Below are positions 25,420 through 38,599 of a DNA stretch of 64,000 bases, piece by piece (the stretch's first letter is position 1; every line of letters starts with the position of its first letter). The stretch covers positions 10,044,001-10,108,000 of the forward strand of contig CDPCPM010000052.1 in assembly GCA_976551045.1 (NCBI GenBank), read 5' to 3'. The notes under the pieces were generated by a model. That model was given only the letters and a program-made list of their open reading frames with translations, did no database searches and had not been told where the DNA came from. The stretch comes from Glaucostegus cemiculus. Taxonomy: Eukaryota. A program made the position numbers and the translations under genes.

Positions 25420-25830
25420 GCAGGAAGAGGGAATGCTGTGAGAGAGAGTAATGTGTGAAAGAGTACATGAGAAAAATAGGAAGAGAATGATATGTGTGTG
25501 TGTAAGAGGCACCTCTGTGATAGCCAGAGGCAGGGTCTGTGAGATATGGATCTGTGTGTGAAGGAGAGCTGTGGGTGTGCATGAGGGGACAGTCTAGGTC
25601 TGTGGTGTGTGAGGGAGGCGTGCATGCAGGCTGTGTGCAATAGAAAGAGGTGAGGATTTGTGAATACCGTTCACTTACAACAGGGCTGTGCCGACCCAGG
25701 CCATGAGCGTGAGTGGGATGTAGTGTATGAGAGAGTGCGAGATCGAGGCGTGTATCAGTGAGTGAGAGCCACAAGTATGGACGAGAATAAAAGAGAATGA
25801 GGTGTATGTGTGTAGATTGAGGGGTAGAAA
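25420..25830. repeat. Degenerate GA/GT-rich low-complexity tract
   Basis: Mixed (GA)n/(GT)n cryptic repeat; it accounts for the His/Thr/Ser-rich ORFs on the minus strand. Confidence 0.7.
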
Positions 25831-26399
25831 TTTAACATCAAGTTTCAAGAGGGGAGTAACAAGTGAGGCTCCAGCAGCCGATCAGTGCTGGCTGTGGATT
25901 CTCCTGTTAAAGTTTGCGGGTGAGGGACGGTCGTCACCCAGTAATAACCATCATTCTGACGCCAGCTCTTCACAAATTCCAGGTGGTTAAATACCAGCCC
26001 CTGGGGTCTGGGAGCTGGACGGAGGCGGCGAGGGGAGCTGTGTGTCGCTGCTGAGAGCCGGGGGCGGGGCACTGAAAGTCACAAACAGCGGCTGGTGCTG
26101 CTGCCAATTACGCCCTGCTCTTCACAGCCTGCATCTCCAGCTGACCCACACATCAACTAGTGCTGCCTCTGGGACCACCCCGACTCTCAAAGAGGCACAG
26201 GAGGAGGCAAGGGAAAGCACCAACACTCTCACGCCTGTAATGGATCAAAATTTCTTTGTCGATTAATATTCAACCAAATGAATATTTGATATTACAGCTC
26301 ATTTTGTACAAAGCTGGTTTTGTACAGGTAGATCATTTAATCAACAAATTACGGAACATTGCAAATTCCTACTTGCTCAGGGATTTAGTGACTAATTAG

Positions 26400-27215
26400 T
26401 GAAGTAGGAACAGGAGCCCGAATCTACTCCACCATTCAAGGAGATCATGGTTGATCGGTCTCTCAACTCCATTTAGTCTCTGCTCTCCTCCCCTCCCATA
26501 ACACTGATAGATTTTGTTTTGGGCGGGAGTGCAATCTCAGCACTCAGAATGTGAGTTTTGACATTTTCAACAAAAACAGAAAAAGCTGGAAATGCCAGGA
26601 GGTCAGATAGCATCTGTAGAAAGAGAAACAATTCATCTTTCAGCTTATAGAGTGGAATACAGAAATAGACCCTTCAGTTCACCACATCCATCCAAGCATC
26701 AAACACCCATCTGCACCAATCCCATTTTATTCTCTCCACATTCCCATCAACTCCCCCAAGATTCTATCATTCACCAACACACAAGGGGCAATTTACAATG
26801 GCCAATTAACCCTCCAAACACTCTTGTCTTTGGCGTGTGGGAGGATTCCCATGTGTTCACAGAGAGAACGTGCAAACTCCACTCAGATAGCACCGGAGGT
26901 CAGGACTGAACCCAGGTTACTGGGGTTATGGGGCAGCAGCTCATTTTCTGGTTTTTTGGTTCAGGTTTCCAACATCTGCAGTTTAAAAAAATTCATTTGA
27001 TATTTTCAACTTGCCTCAAGTCTCAACAGCATTCTGAGACAAAAGGATTGCAAATTTTCATTTACCTTTGCATTGAAAAAGTGCTTCCTATATCACCCTG
27101 AATAATCTGACATTAATTTTAAGGTTAAATTCTCCCTAAATACCCCTCAACTGCTTCAATCATGTTAACCTCCTCGGTATGATCACAATTTAGCTTCCTA
27201 ATCTTGAGGGGAAAA
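26400..27215 (-). mobile_element. Old CR1 3' fragment interrupted by Penelope tails and a V-SINE
   Basis: CR1 tail ccaccattcaaggagatcatggttgatc at 26430 resumes after 27010. V-SINE on the minus strand at about 26650-26940 (gagagaacgtgcaaactccactcaga...ggactgaaccc). Confidence 0.65.
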
Positions 27216-27339
27216 GGCAAATGATCCTTCTTATTTCATAATTTAGCCGATGTATCACTCCCCATCCACTATTTATGGACAGTGCCGACAAAAGCAGCTC
27301 TTTCCAAATACCGCAATCAGCTTCAGCAATGAACACCAT

Positions 27340-27680
27340 TTGACTAATGCCGTACTTTTAAGCTGGAAAAATGACTTGAGGTGTAATAAGAATAAATATT
27401 TATAGAGCCAAAGGAGATCTTTGGTGGAGGGGGAGGTAGGTTTGAAGGAATATCTGGAAAGAAGAGAAGGAAGTGACAGCATTCCGGGACAGAACTATGG
27501 ATCAGGGAGCGAGACAGTGAAAGCTGATGGGGCAAAGGGGATGAGGCACAAGGCTGGGTTGTCAGGGACAGAAAGGAATGCAGAGGTAAGGGGGAACAAT
27601 GGCCATGAAGAGTTTAAGTTTGGGGATAAGAAATTTAAAATGCAGGTTTTGGAGGACCTGAAGCCAATGTAGGTAAGTCA
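27340..27680 (-). mobile_element. L2-type LINE 3' fragment
   Basis: Same pattern as 12496-12810 and 57200-57700. Confidence 0.55.
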
Positions 27681-29214
27681 TCCAAAGAATGAATCATTTA
27701 TGAACAAAAGCTGACTTTGAATGTCACAAATGTAACATATGACAAAGACAATGCTTTCACACAAACACTGCACCCACAAATAAAATGCAGAGGAGCAGGG
27801 TTTTAACTGCACCTGTGAGATGGAAACTTTTCATCTAAAAATAACAATTGGCCCAAGAAACACTCAAGATAGACCTGATGTTAAGAAGCTCTTTAATAGA
27901 CCGACACTACTTATAAATCTGCATTTCAGATCAACACCTACTTATATTGCTGGGGCACTGCAGATATGAGAGATGATCATGAGATCAAAGTGCAGCCACT
28001 CACAGAGGGAGCCCACAATTCCATTCAAAGGCCGTGTGGAGAAATGGAACTTTCCAAATCACTCATCGCTTTCAATTGTGTCAATAAGAGACAGGGTTCA
28101 AAGCTGTAGTCTGATATCTTGATAAACATTTTATTCAAAAACATGCCAGCATTTACATATTATAAGGTCACGTAATATTTACTGAGGAAACTGGTTAACT
28201 TCACAACGCAGCAAAATTATTTCTGTGAGTTATCACCTGAGGCGATAAAGATCAATGAGCAAATAGGAAGGCAAAAAGTATGTTGGCCTTCACTGCAAGA
28301 GTAGAGACATGTTGTTCCAATTAAATAGGGCCCTGGTGAGACTATGTCAGGAGTATTGTGTACAGGTCTAGTCCACAGTAAGCTGTACTTCCAAGCTTCG
28401 TCCACAGCTATTCAAGTCTGAACAGATGCAAGGGACTGTGGTCACTTCACATTTTTGCTCTGTTGTAACCGACTTCCTGCTGCTACAGCCAAGTTACACA
28501 GCTAAAGCCGAGAAGATGGAAAAGATACAAACAGCATCAGCAAGTGGAAACTCATTTAATCAAAATGTTTGAGGAACTGAAAAACAAGCCAAGAGCGGGA
28601 CAGCTGAGACCAAGAAGTGATCCTATTACAACTGCACTAGGTTTATTCCTAGTGAAAGATGACCCGTGCACTCAGTACACACACATATTTACATTGCCTC
28701 ATAGAATGAACGCTAGGTACAATTCTCACAGTATCAAATCCAAAGTATTTGCTCACATTTTTCTTTTGCCTGCCTTTTACATTCACGCAGCCCATCCCAA
28801 ACCTACCACCTTCTCCATCTGGTCTAACAAGCCAGCAGCCACTTGGAAGCGCCGTTACCTCCAGGTTGCCCTACAAGTCAGACCCCACCCTGACTCAGTC
28901 ATGTATCACCAGCATTGGTTTAGAATCTTCAAACTCCCAACACAGCACCTTCACTACTTTAGGGTTGACTGCCAGCACCTCAAGGAGAAAGTGCACATGA
29001 GCAACAAATGCCAACGTTTCATTTATCCTGAGAATGAACTTTAAAAAAATCAACAATAATGTGCATTTTTACACTTAACACAGTTTGATTGACCAGTCAT
29101 GTTAGTCAGTAAAAGATGGGATCTGTTTCAGTCAGTACCATTGAGGAAGTCTGGTGCTTACTCAGATCTTCATATCCCAACTCCTGCTAAGTGCTTACTC
29201 ATTTCCCACTGTCA

Positions 29215-29535
29215 TCTGGACTTGGTTGGCGTTCTTGTCTTTGAGTCAGAGGGGTGTGAGCTCAAGTCCTGTTCCAGAGACTTGAGGATGAAAATTCATA
29301 CTGACACTGTTTCAGATGAGACTTAAATTAACCTCCCTCCCTTTGCTTTCAGGTAGATATATTTTGAAGAGCAGCAAGGTGTTTTGGCCAGTGTTTATAT
29401 AACACTGAACATCATGAAAACAATGGACATTCTCATATCGCTTTTGTATGACATCAGCAGAGTACTTAATTTGCTGTAGAGCACATTGAGAGGTCCGGAG
29501 GTTGGGAAAAGTGCTATAGAAATGCTCCCCTTTCT
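29215..29535 (+). mobile_element. Deu-domain SINE
   Basis: ctttgagtcagagggg...ctcaagtcctgttccagagacttgag...tttcagatgagac...tttgaagagcagc, with tail gtgctatagaaatgc. Confidence 0.7.
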
Positions 29536-32474
29536 GTTCCTTTCATTGTGCTGATATATAACTTGCAAACATTTGAATATTGTCTGCCAGTTCTGTTTTC
29601 GTCTAGCCCTCTGCCTGCAGCATCAGCTCCTTACATTTCACAAAATTCATCACCCGTTACTTCATTTCAGATTTTGGCCAAATGTCCAGCCACATCTCTT
29701 ACTTTCATAAATTAGTTTCTCTCAGCCAGTGGGTTTGTGTCAGCATTTTCCCCGCCTAACAACAGCTGTCAGCTTCATAGTCCTGTAGATTTTCTCCACA
29801 AATTTCTCTACCATCACTAAAATAGATGAGCTGGCCACTACCACATTGTTGTGTGTGGGATCTGTCTATGCATAAACTGGCTGCCTTATATCCCCCCATG
29901 ATTTGGGTGATCACTCTGTAAAGTACTTTGGAACATATTAGTGAAAGATGGTTTAAAAGTGAGTTGAAAGTGAAATATGTTTCTTTAAGAATCTTCTCAT
30001 TGGCTTCTGGAGGTGGTGCTGATGTTTGGCTCAGTGATTGCTCTTAAAGGTTGTCCCTGATAAGTTATAAAGTTCAGTGATGGAAGCTAATTGGCTAGGA
30101 AGCCTCGTTGTTAGCTGTGATTGGTTATGAAGCCCAGAAGTTGTCTCCAATTGGTTACAAAGCCCAGTAATTTGTTGGTTATGATGGTGGGATCCTTGTG
30201 GGGGATTAAAAATGAGATGGAACTGGATATTTTGAACTAGTTTCCTCAAGATTGGTCAAATTGATTGAGTCCTTTTCATGATACAGCATAAATTAAATGG
30301 AGAATTTATGAAAGCAGTAGAGAATTTTTGTTAGGCACTGAGGATAGGCTTCTGTTTGATGAACACAGCTTGTTGGTGTATGCTGTGTTTAAACAAGTTT
30401 CTACAGTACAAATGATTGTTGTGTTTGTATTGCCTCTGTCTCGTGTGTGCTCAATGTCATGGATCAAATGCATAAATATTTAAATAGCTTTTAAGGGTCA
30501 CATGACAGCTTTGTGAGTAACTGGGGTTGGGAAGATTAACAGTTGATCAGAGAAGGAATATCTGAACTTTTGGTCAGGTGAATGCTTGACTGCCTACCAG
30601 TGGAGCAACAATGAAATATCTATTTGGGGCTTAGCAGTTACATGTTCAAGAGGGTCGTGGGTGTTTAAAAATCATGATGGAGAAACTCGACCCCATTCCT
30701 GGCTGCTTTAAATTTTAAAGTGCATGAACAAGGCTCCTGCAAAAGAAGGAGAGGGTCTAATTACTGGATGAAAGTCATGGTCAGACACTGTGCTATATGA
30801 TGGAGAGGCCTCTCATGGGATTCTGAGTGGCTGATGCAACACAGAAACTGCAGCCTCCCTAAACCGTTCTTTGTTTTTAGCATTTAATGGCCAGGAGGAT
30901 GCATAGCAGTCCCACTGCACCCCAGCAGGATCTTTCTGTTTGTTTAATGAGAAAAATGGGAAGGGAAAAGAGAGTTGAAATTGTGACGGGGAAAGGAGAT
31001 AGCAACATAAAGAGGGAGGGAAGGGGGGTCAGCGGGACATATTTCTATAGCTGTCAGAACAGAGTGACTCTCACTGCAGCTTCTCTTTTTCTCATTCTTG
31101 TTCCCAAGGCAGGTTTGTGTATCAAGAATGATCTAGTTGTCATCCACAATTTGTCATTCAATTTTAAGACTCTTGAGTGTGAAACAGATAAAGACCTTTC
31201 CCCTTCTGCCATAATCCACCTGTAGTAGCTTAGTAACACTGTGGAACTCAAGAACTCCATGAACAGGTAGCCTTAACTCTGTAAGACTATATAGACACAT
31301 ATACACATTTCTGTACAGAATTTGTTTTATTACATTAATAGGATATCTAGCTGAAAACGGGAAAAATAGGGCAATTCATTCTAATGATGTCACCGCTCTC
31401 TCATGGCTAACTCTGAAACATAGATTGTGGGTTTAGTGGAAGAGTTGAGGGGGCGGTAACAGATGCTTGTCGTGCCAGAAACCACAGAAAACGATAAATA
31501 TATTGTTTTCCATTCCTATTCAGAATACAGTTCGTATGCAGTTATATCCCTTCAGTTATTAATCATTTCCTGTGCTGTGTATGCATTTGAGGACTGTGGT
31601 GTTTCTTAGGCTTGGAAACTGCACTGGCAAAGGAGTTACAGACTGCCGAGAGGCCTCAGGAGCGCTATTTATATACAACCCTTACATCTGTTCCTTCATC
31701 ATCAATTGTTCAGTGTTTGGCAGGTCCAATCCAGACAATCTTTTAACTGATTTCAATTATTAATGTTAAAAATATGAAGGATTTGATCTCGTTGGAAAAA
31801 AAATGTTGTGAGAACAATACACAGTATTGTCAAAAATGTCCTGCAACTTTTGGGGAGGAAGAAGTTCTCTGTGAGTTGGGAGTCACAACATTGTGGATTA
31901 TTTGTGCTGCCTTATTCTTTCAACAACATAATAATGGTTAATGACTTCCAATCAACCTTACTTATCCAGATAATTATAAGCGAGGAATTTTATTCCTCCA
32001 GGTAGTGAATTTTTGTGGATATTTTTCAAAAGCTAAAGTTTGTATTTTAAATTTTTTTCCTTATTTGTCCTTTCTACCTTCTTCCTCTCTCTTAATCCCA
32101 GCTTCCTTTCTCACTCTGTTTTTATTTCTGATTTGGCATTGACTTTACTCACTCCTTCTCAGTCCTTCCATCCTTTAATACTCAATTCTTAAATCTTACT
32201 GATTAAGAAAATAATTTGTTGGTTTTGTGATTCATCAAGGTCCCAGATGTCCTGTTGCATGTCCAACAGCCTTCTGGGCAATTTTTTAAAAAGTTAATTG
32301 TGCACAAACCAGATTAAGTAATGAGGCATACCACAAACAGCCTGCTCCAGCAAAATGTGGGCCAGAACTTTGGCAGCACACTCCATGGATGGAGAAATAT
32401 TAGGCTGAGAAATATTCACTGCACTCCAGTGGTACAGTTTGACAACTTAAATGAAGTGTGAATATAAACTTGTC

Positions 32475-32700
32475 AGCCATGGCTCAGTTGTAGCTGTCTT
32501 GCCTCTGTATCAGAAGGGTTTGGGTTCAAGTCCCACTTCAGGAGACCTATGTCCCTGAATACAGTGAGCTAATGAGGGAGTGCTGCACTGTTGAATGTCC
32601 TGTCTTTTGGAAGGAACATTAAAGATACATCTTTCCCCATAGGCAGACATGAACAATCCAGCAAAAGAAAAAGCAGGATATCCTGCTAACACCATAATAA
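32475..32700 (+). mobile_element. Deu-domain SINE with clear Pol III A and B boxes
   Basis: A-box tggctcagttg, B-box ggttcaagtcc, then gagggagtgctgcactgttg. Confidence 0.75.
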
Positions 32701-32779
32701 CGTAGAAGCTAGTGGAGAAAGTAGGTAAGATAAAAATAGATGGTGGTTCTTGAAAGGTTGCCAATATTCCAAGTGAAAT

Positions 32780-33890
32780 AAGTGACACAAATGCAATCCG
32801 GACCAAATTAATTGGAAAAAATATGAGTTAATAAATGAAGTCATGAATTTGTTAAACATAATGGTGTTTGACTGATCTAATGGAGTTATTTAATGAAGTA
32901 ACAAGGAGGGTTGACGAGGTTGGTGCAGATAATGATGTGCATACAGTGTTTCAAATACTGACAAAGTACAATGTAAAAAACATGATCGCAAAATTGAAGG
33001 AATTGTAACTATATAGGTAAGGAAATTGGCTAAAGGCCAGAAAGCAGAGAATATAGGTCATTTTGTTTTAAAAGAAGGGAATTGTGCAGTGCTGTTCCCT
33101 AAGGGTCAGCATTGGACTCATGCTCTTTTTGATATAGAATAATGACCTGTATATATAAGGAATAGCCTAGATGACATAAAAGTTGGAATTGCCATTGAGG
33201 AAGACAAGGACACAATGCTGAAACGGACAGATCCATAACAGACAGCATTTGGCATTTTGGGAAGAAACATGAAGAAAGGTGACAGAAACTAAATAATGCG
33301 GTTTTAATGGAGGTGCAGCATTGTAGGTGTACAGCAGAAACTCTTGAGGGTGGCATGAGTTGAATGGTTTATTAAAAAGTCAAATATAATCCTTGATGTT
33401 ATAAATAAAATACAGGAACAGGCAAGCTATATTAACCCTTCCAGATACGCTGATTGGACCCCAGCTGAAGTTTTGTGACTAAAGTTTTGGATGAATGTTA
33501 AGGCCTTAGAGAGGATTATTGAATAGCGAGGACAGACTGGAAGAGCTGAATCATTCTCCTTATATCTGAATAGGTGACAGGAAGATTTGATGGATATATT
33601 CAAAATTATGAGGTGTTTAAAATCAGGCCACAGGCAGAAGTGCTGGTTGCCAGAGGACACAGATTTGTTCATTGGCCGAAGACCCAGAGCAAACAAAAGG
33701 AAGACATTTTTTATATCGTGGGTTATCTCGATCGAGAATGAACTGCTGGAAAGGCAGGTGGACATAGATTCAACAAGTTGAAGAAAGACATTTTTAGAGA
33801 GATGGGAGAAATGCAGGGTGGATTAATTAGAGCTTTTTCAGACAGCTGGCATGGGCAAGTGGCCCAAAGGGCCTCCTTCTTTGCTGCATC
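32780..33890 (+). mobile_element. Old, decayed CR1 fragment
   Basis: tgtttgactgatctaatggagttatttaatgaagtaaca (CLTNL.EFF.EVT) and gttccctaagggtcagcattggac (VPQGS.LG), with tail ggcccaaagggcctccttct. Confidence 0.7.
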
Positions 33891-35030
33891 CATAGAACAA
33901 TACAGCACAAAACAGGCCCTTCGGCCCACCAAGTTGTGCCGTCCTTCAAACATCTCACAATCTAACTCTTTCCTCCCACATATCCTACTATTCCACATTC
34001 TTCCATGTCCCTATCCAACAATCTCTTGAACCTGTCCAACGTATCTGCCTCTACCACCACCCCAGGCAGCGCATTCCATGCACCAACCACTGTCTGGGTG
34101 AAAAGCTTCCCTCTGACATCTCCCCTGAACTTTCCACCCGATATCTTAAAGCCATGCCCTCTCGTCTTGAGCATCTGTGCTCTGGGAAAGAGGCGCTGGC
34201 TGTCAACTCTATCTATTCCTCTCAATATCTTATACACCTCTATCAAGTCCCCTCTCATCCTCCTCCTCTCCAATGAGTAGAGCCCTAGCACCTTAAGCCT
34301 CTCCTCATATTCCATACCCTTTAATCCAGGCATCATCCTGGTAAATCGCCTCTGTACCCTCTCCAACGCCTCCACATCCTTCCTATAATGCGGCGACCAG
34401 AACTGAACACAATATTCTAAGTGCGGTCTAACTAGAGTTTTGTAAAGCAGCATCATCACCTCTCTGCTCTTCAACTCAATCCCACGATTTATAAAAGCTA
34501 ACATCCCATAAGCATTCTTAACTGCCCTATCCACCTGCGAGGCAACTTTGAGTAAACTGTGGATATGAACCCCCAGATCCCTCTGCTCCTCTACACTGCC
34601 AAGTACCTTGCCATTTACCTCATACTCTGCCCTGGAATTCATCCTACCAGAGTGCACCACCTCACACTTCTCCGGATTAAACTCCATCTGCCACCTGTCC
34701 ACCCAGCTCTGCATCCTATCAATATTCCTCTGTAAGCTCCGACAGTCCTCCACACTATCCACCACACCGCCGATCTTGGTGTCATCCGCAAACTTACCAA
34801 CCCACCCTTCCACTCCTTCATCTAAGTGATCTATAAATATAACAAAGAGTCGAGGTCCCAGAACCAATCCCTGCGGGACACCACTAGTCACAGCCCTCCA
34901 ATCCGAGGGCACTCCCTCCACCACAACCCTCTGCTTTCTACAGGCAAGCCAAGTCCTGATCCACACAGCCAAACTCCCCTGGATGCCTCGACCTCTGACC
35001 TTCTGAAGAAGCCTGCCATGAGGAACCTTA
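33891..35030 (-). mobile_element. Young 5'-truncated CR1-type LINE with an uninterrupted 336-codon ORF2 C-terminus
   Basis: ORF 34972-33962: WRAVTSGVPQGLVLGP...KFADDTKIGG...LYKTLVRPHLEYCVQFWSPHYRKD...RGDLIEVYK...TRGHGFK. The 3' UTR ends gggccgaagggcctgttttgtgctgtattgttctatg. Confidence 0.93.
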
Positions 35031-37079
35031 TTGTATCATTTTATGAAAGGTGTTACATAAATGCAAGTTTTTCCCTAATTTTTCTGTCTTAATTCATCAA
35101 CGTGTAACTTAAGTAGAAAAGTGGTGTTGTGAATCAGCCGCTCATTATATTCCCAAGCAATTTAAAGTCAGGCTGCCACAGACACATAATTTGATAAGTA
35201 CTTCATATGTCAAAAGGATTAGATATAGTTATGGGGTAACTGTACCGTCTGATCAGGGACATGCCTTAAAATTACAGCTGGCTTTTTAGCAGTGAATTTA
35301 GGAAGCACAATACGTGCTGGGAGTCTTGAACTTGGTCTTTCTCCAAATGCCTGTGAACATCTAACAATAATTGGAACCTCCAGGTCTGAAATCGATTGAA
35401 GTATGTTAAGTAATGAGTATTAAGAAATATGGATCAAAGCCAGGTAGATCATTGCAGGTAAACCACAATCTACAGCCATTTGGCAAGTGTATGCTCCATT
35501 CTGGTGTCCTCCCATCTTGCATAATCTAATCCCATCAGCACCCTTTCCTATTCCTTTCATACTCAAGTATTTAAATATATCGTTGCTATTTGCTTCAGTC
35601 ACTCTATATAGTAAACAGACAAACCACAGAACAAGTTTGAGGGACTGAGTGGTCTACTCTCTTATTCCCATTACAGACATTACTATGCTTAAATAACAAT
35701 TTGAACAACTTTCTCTCTTTCTTCCTTAGACTTATTTACAAAGATGATTTCTACTCCTGCAGGAGAATAAACACAGGTTCAGTGGCCCAGCCTTAAACAT
35801 AAATTGCACAAAAAAATTGAAAACCCATGTATCTTTGCATTACCTCTCTACCTCCATAGGTCCTATCTATAATTTGGTTGCATTAATCCATAGTTTGCCA
35901 GTTCTCGATGTTGTGGGAAGCCTACATCACAAGGATGGGTAATCACTGGCTATAATGCTTGGGGGTGGGGGGAGGGAATCAGTTGGAGGGAAGAGGTCAC
36001 ATGATGAAAGGAAGCCTTCAGAATTACATCCAATTTGATTTTACAACCCTAGCTAGTGTCTTTAAGGAAATACCACTAGTACAGAAACTTTGGGCTGGTT
36101 TACTAGTGTAATACCAACTGTCACCAGTTTTGTTGGCTTCCATTGTCAATAGTTATGATTTTGGACTAGTAATCCAGAGAGCCAATCTAACAATCCAGAA
36201 TGATAGGAGTTCATCTTGCATCATCCTTCTATTAATTCTGGGTGTCTTGTCTAAGGAACCTTGATCTGTGTGGTGTACAAAACCATGATGGACACTGGGA
36301 CAAATGGCCTGTTTCTGGCTGTAGCTCCTATGTAATACTATGTACTCTATGTGTTCACCCACCCACTGCAGCAATTGTTCCTTTGTGCCCCATGACACCA
36401 AAAGCAGAATCTGAAAAGATATGTCTGAAAACTGGTCTAGCTATTCCCAATTACTTCCATCTATACTATTAAAAATAACTCTGGACTCTGTTCTTACTAC
36501 TCCTTGATAAATACCTACCGAATATACACAAGGTTTAAATAAGGTTTCAGGCTAAACCAGGTTTCAGTATGCAGAGATCATTTAATGACTGTCAAACAGG
36601 TCTCCCAGATTAGAACAATTGAAATTGCTTGCACTGAAGTTGGGAGCTCAGCAGGAAAAGTGAAATCCTTCAGCAAAGGAAGGTTCAAAATCTTTACGGA
36701 AATATAATTTACAAGCTGTTCCCAAGCCTGTGTTAAAAGAACAACAGAAATTGTCTGTTCACCTAGAGATCATGTCTGATCTCCACCTCATTCCCTGTCT
36801 TGGTTCCATAATCCTCACATTCTTACCACAACCCATACTCAACAACAACAACAAAAATCCATCAATCTCAATTCCCACACTTTCAGATGACCCTGAGCCT
36901 CAACAACTTTTTGTTGATCCTTTCTCCATGTTTCTTTTATCCTTTGTGTGAAGTCGTACTTCCTGACATCTTCTCAAAACAGCCTAGCCCTAATTGCAAG
37001 GGAATATTTCTAGAGCTGCTTTCACAGTTCTGCAAAATACTTGACAGCCAATGGAACTGTTCTGTAGAACTATAATATA

Positions 37080-37330
37080 AGTAATGTTACATGTAATTTC
37101 TTCAGAGCAAAACCCACATACAAAAGGTCATAAACTCCAAATGATCTGTCTTAGAAATGGTTGATGGAGAGATAAATATTGACCAAGGTATAACCTCCCA
37201 GTTCTTCTTTAAATTAGTGCCATGCAATCATTTGCATCCATCAAAGAAAGCAAATGAGACCTTAGTTAAATGAAAGAAACCTACTCCAACAGGGGAAGTA
37301 TTCCTTTGGTGCTTCCCTGGAGAATCAATC
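37080..37330 (-). mobile_element. Deu-domain SINE (decayed)
   Basis: gataaatattgaccaagg...tagtgccatgcaatc is the reverse complement of the Deu core. Confidence 0.6.
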
Positions 37331-38599
37331 TGGACATTTGTGCATGGATCCTATGGTGCAGGAACCATTTTTATAGTGGGAGTGCTAAAAATCATCTAAC
37401 ATAACTCTAAACCAACAAATACTTCCTACCTTTGGGTGCTACAGTACCTACCACACACCTGGTTCTCACATCTGTGCTAGTGTGTGACTTTCTGAGCCAA
37501 TGGCAAGGGAGTGATTAACTAAGCTACGGGTGACAATTCCATCCCCCATATTCTGGGCTCTCCCACCAGAAGAAATAATTAAAAAGTAGAATAATTAAAG
37601 TAGTTAAATAGTTAAAAGGAATCTTAAATACCTTGATCAGTTCACCCCTTAAACTTCTCTTTCTGAGGATCTGGAAGCTATGCCAAGGATTAAACATTTT
37701 CTGTACATTTTTAATACTCAAGTAACATTCAAAAGTCTCATTATGATATGTATTTATGTCCAATTTTACAAACTAAAAATTAATCTGTAGATATGACTCA
37801 GTGGCTATATTTAGCACATTTTTACAATCAACTGTTTCCTGTGTCAATGCTTTGGGACATCTCAAGATTATAAAATGAACACTGCAAATAAAGACCTTTT
37901 TCTTATCAAACAGAAACATTAGATTAAGATGGTATATTAGTCTGGTTAGGTTTGACTTTAAGCTGTAAACTACTGCTCAGTCACAAAGATTTCATTTCTC
38001 TTTTCCACCAAATGCAGTGACAGCAGGTCTATTAAAAGACACTTGCACTCTGTTTCATATCAGGTTGCATCAACTTGTTTACAAGGCAGTCAGCTGGTAA
38101 CAATCTTAGGTTTTCAATATTATTCCCATTTGTCATGTAATGTTGTGGGAGCTCACTTGAAAGAAAATGTGACCAGTTAAATTTGGTCAGTCAAGATTTG
38201 GACCAGGTGCCCTCAGTGGGGGGAACAGCCTTTAACCTAACCAGCTCTAAATTAGTGAGAGATGGAAACAGGTTGTCAATAGGGCAATCAATAAATAGCA
38301 TCAGGAGTGCAGATTAAATATAGGTCATTAGGTTTCTAAATTGTAAATGCTTCACAAAAGCAGAAATGAGCAAAATAAAATAATTCATTCATATAATCTT
38401 ACAGTGGAAAAATACATCATTCAAACATGCTAGAGCCAGAGCTCTTCCCCTTTCACAGGAGTGTTATTAAATGTATCACTATCAAGCATTTATTCATTCT
38501 TTTTGTGAGTAATTACTGAATTACTTGTTCAAACTTTGGATGGAGTAATCCAGACCACAATGATTTGGTGCCTCAAGTTATCTCTTCTTTAACTTTCCT

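Noticed and set aside
28544-29044. 166-aa ORF in the PLPP7 intron
   Set aside because: Non-ATG start, no recognisable domain, and the 3' part overlaps a decayed LINE-tail-like sequence.
32475-32540. tRNA gene
   Set aside because: A and B boxes run straight into the Deu SINE core with no acceptor stem or poly-T terminator; it is a SINE head.
33962-34972. 336-aa reverse transcriptase ORF as a host or domesticated gene
   Set aside because: 5'-truncated CR1 ORF2 lacking the endonuclease and N-terminal RT motifs, with a normal LINE tail; an intact frame is explained by youth.
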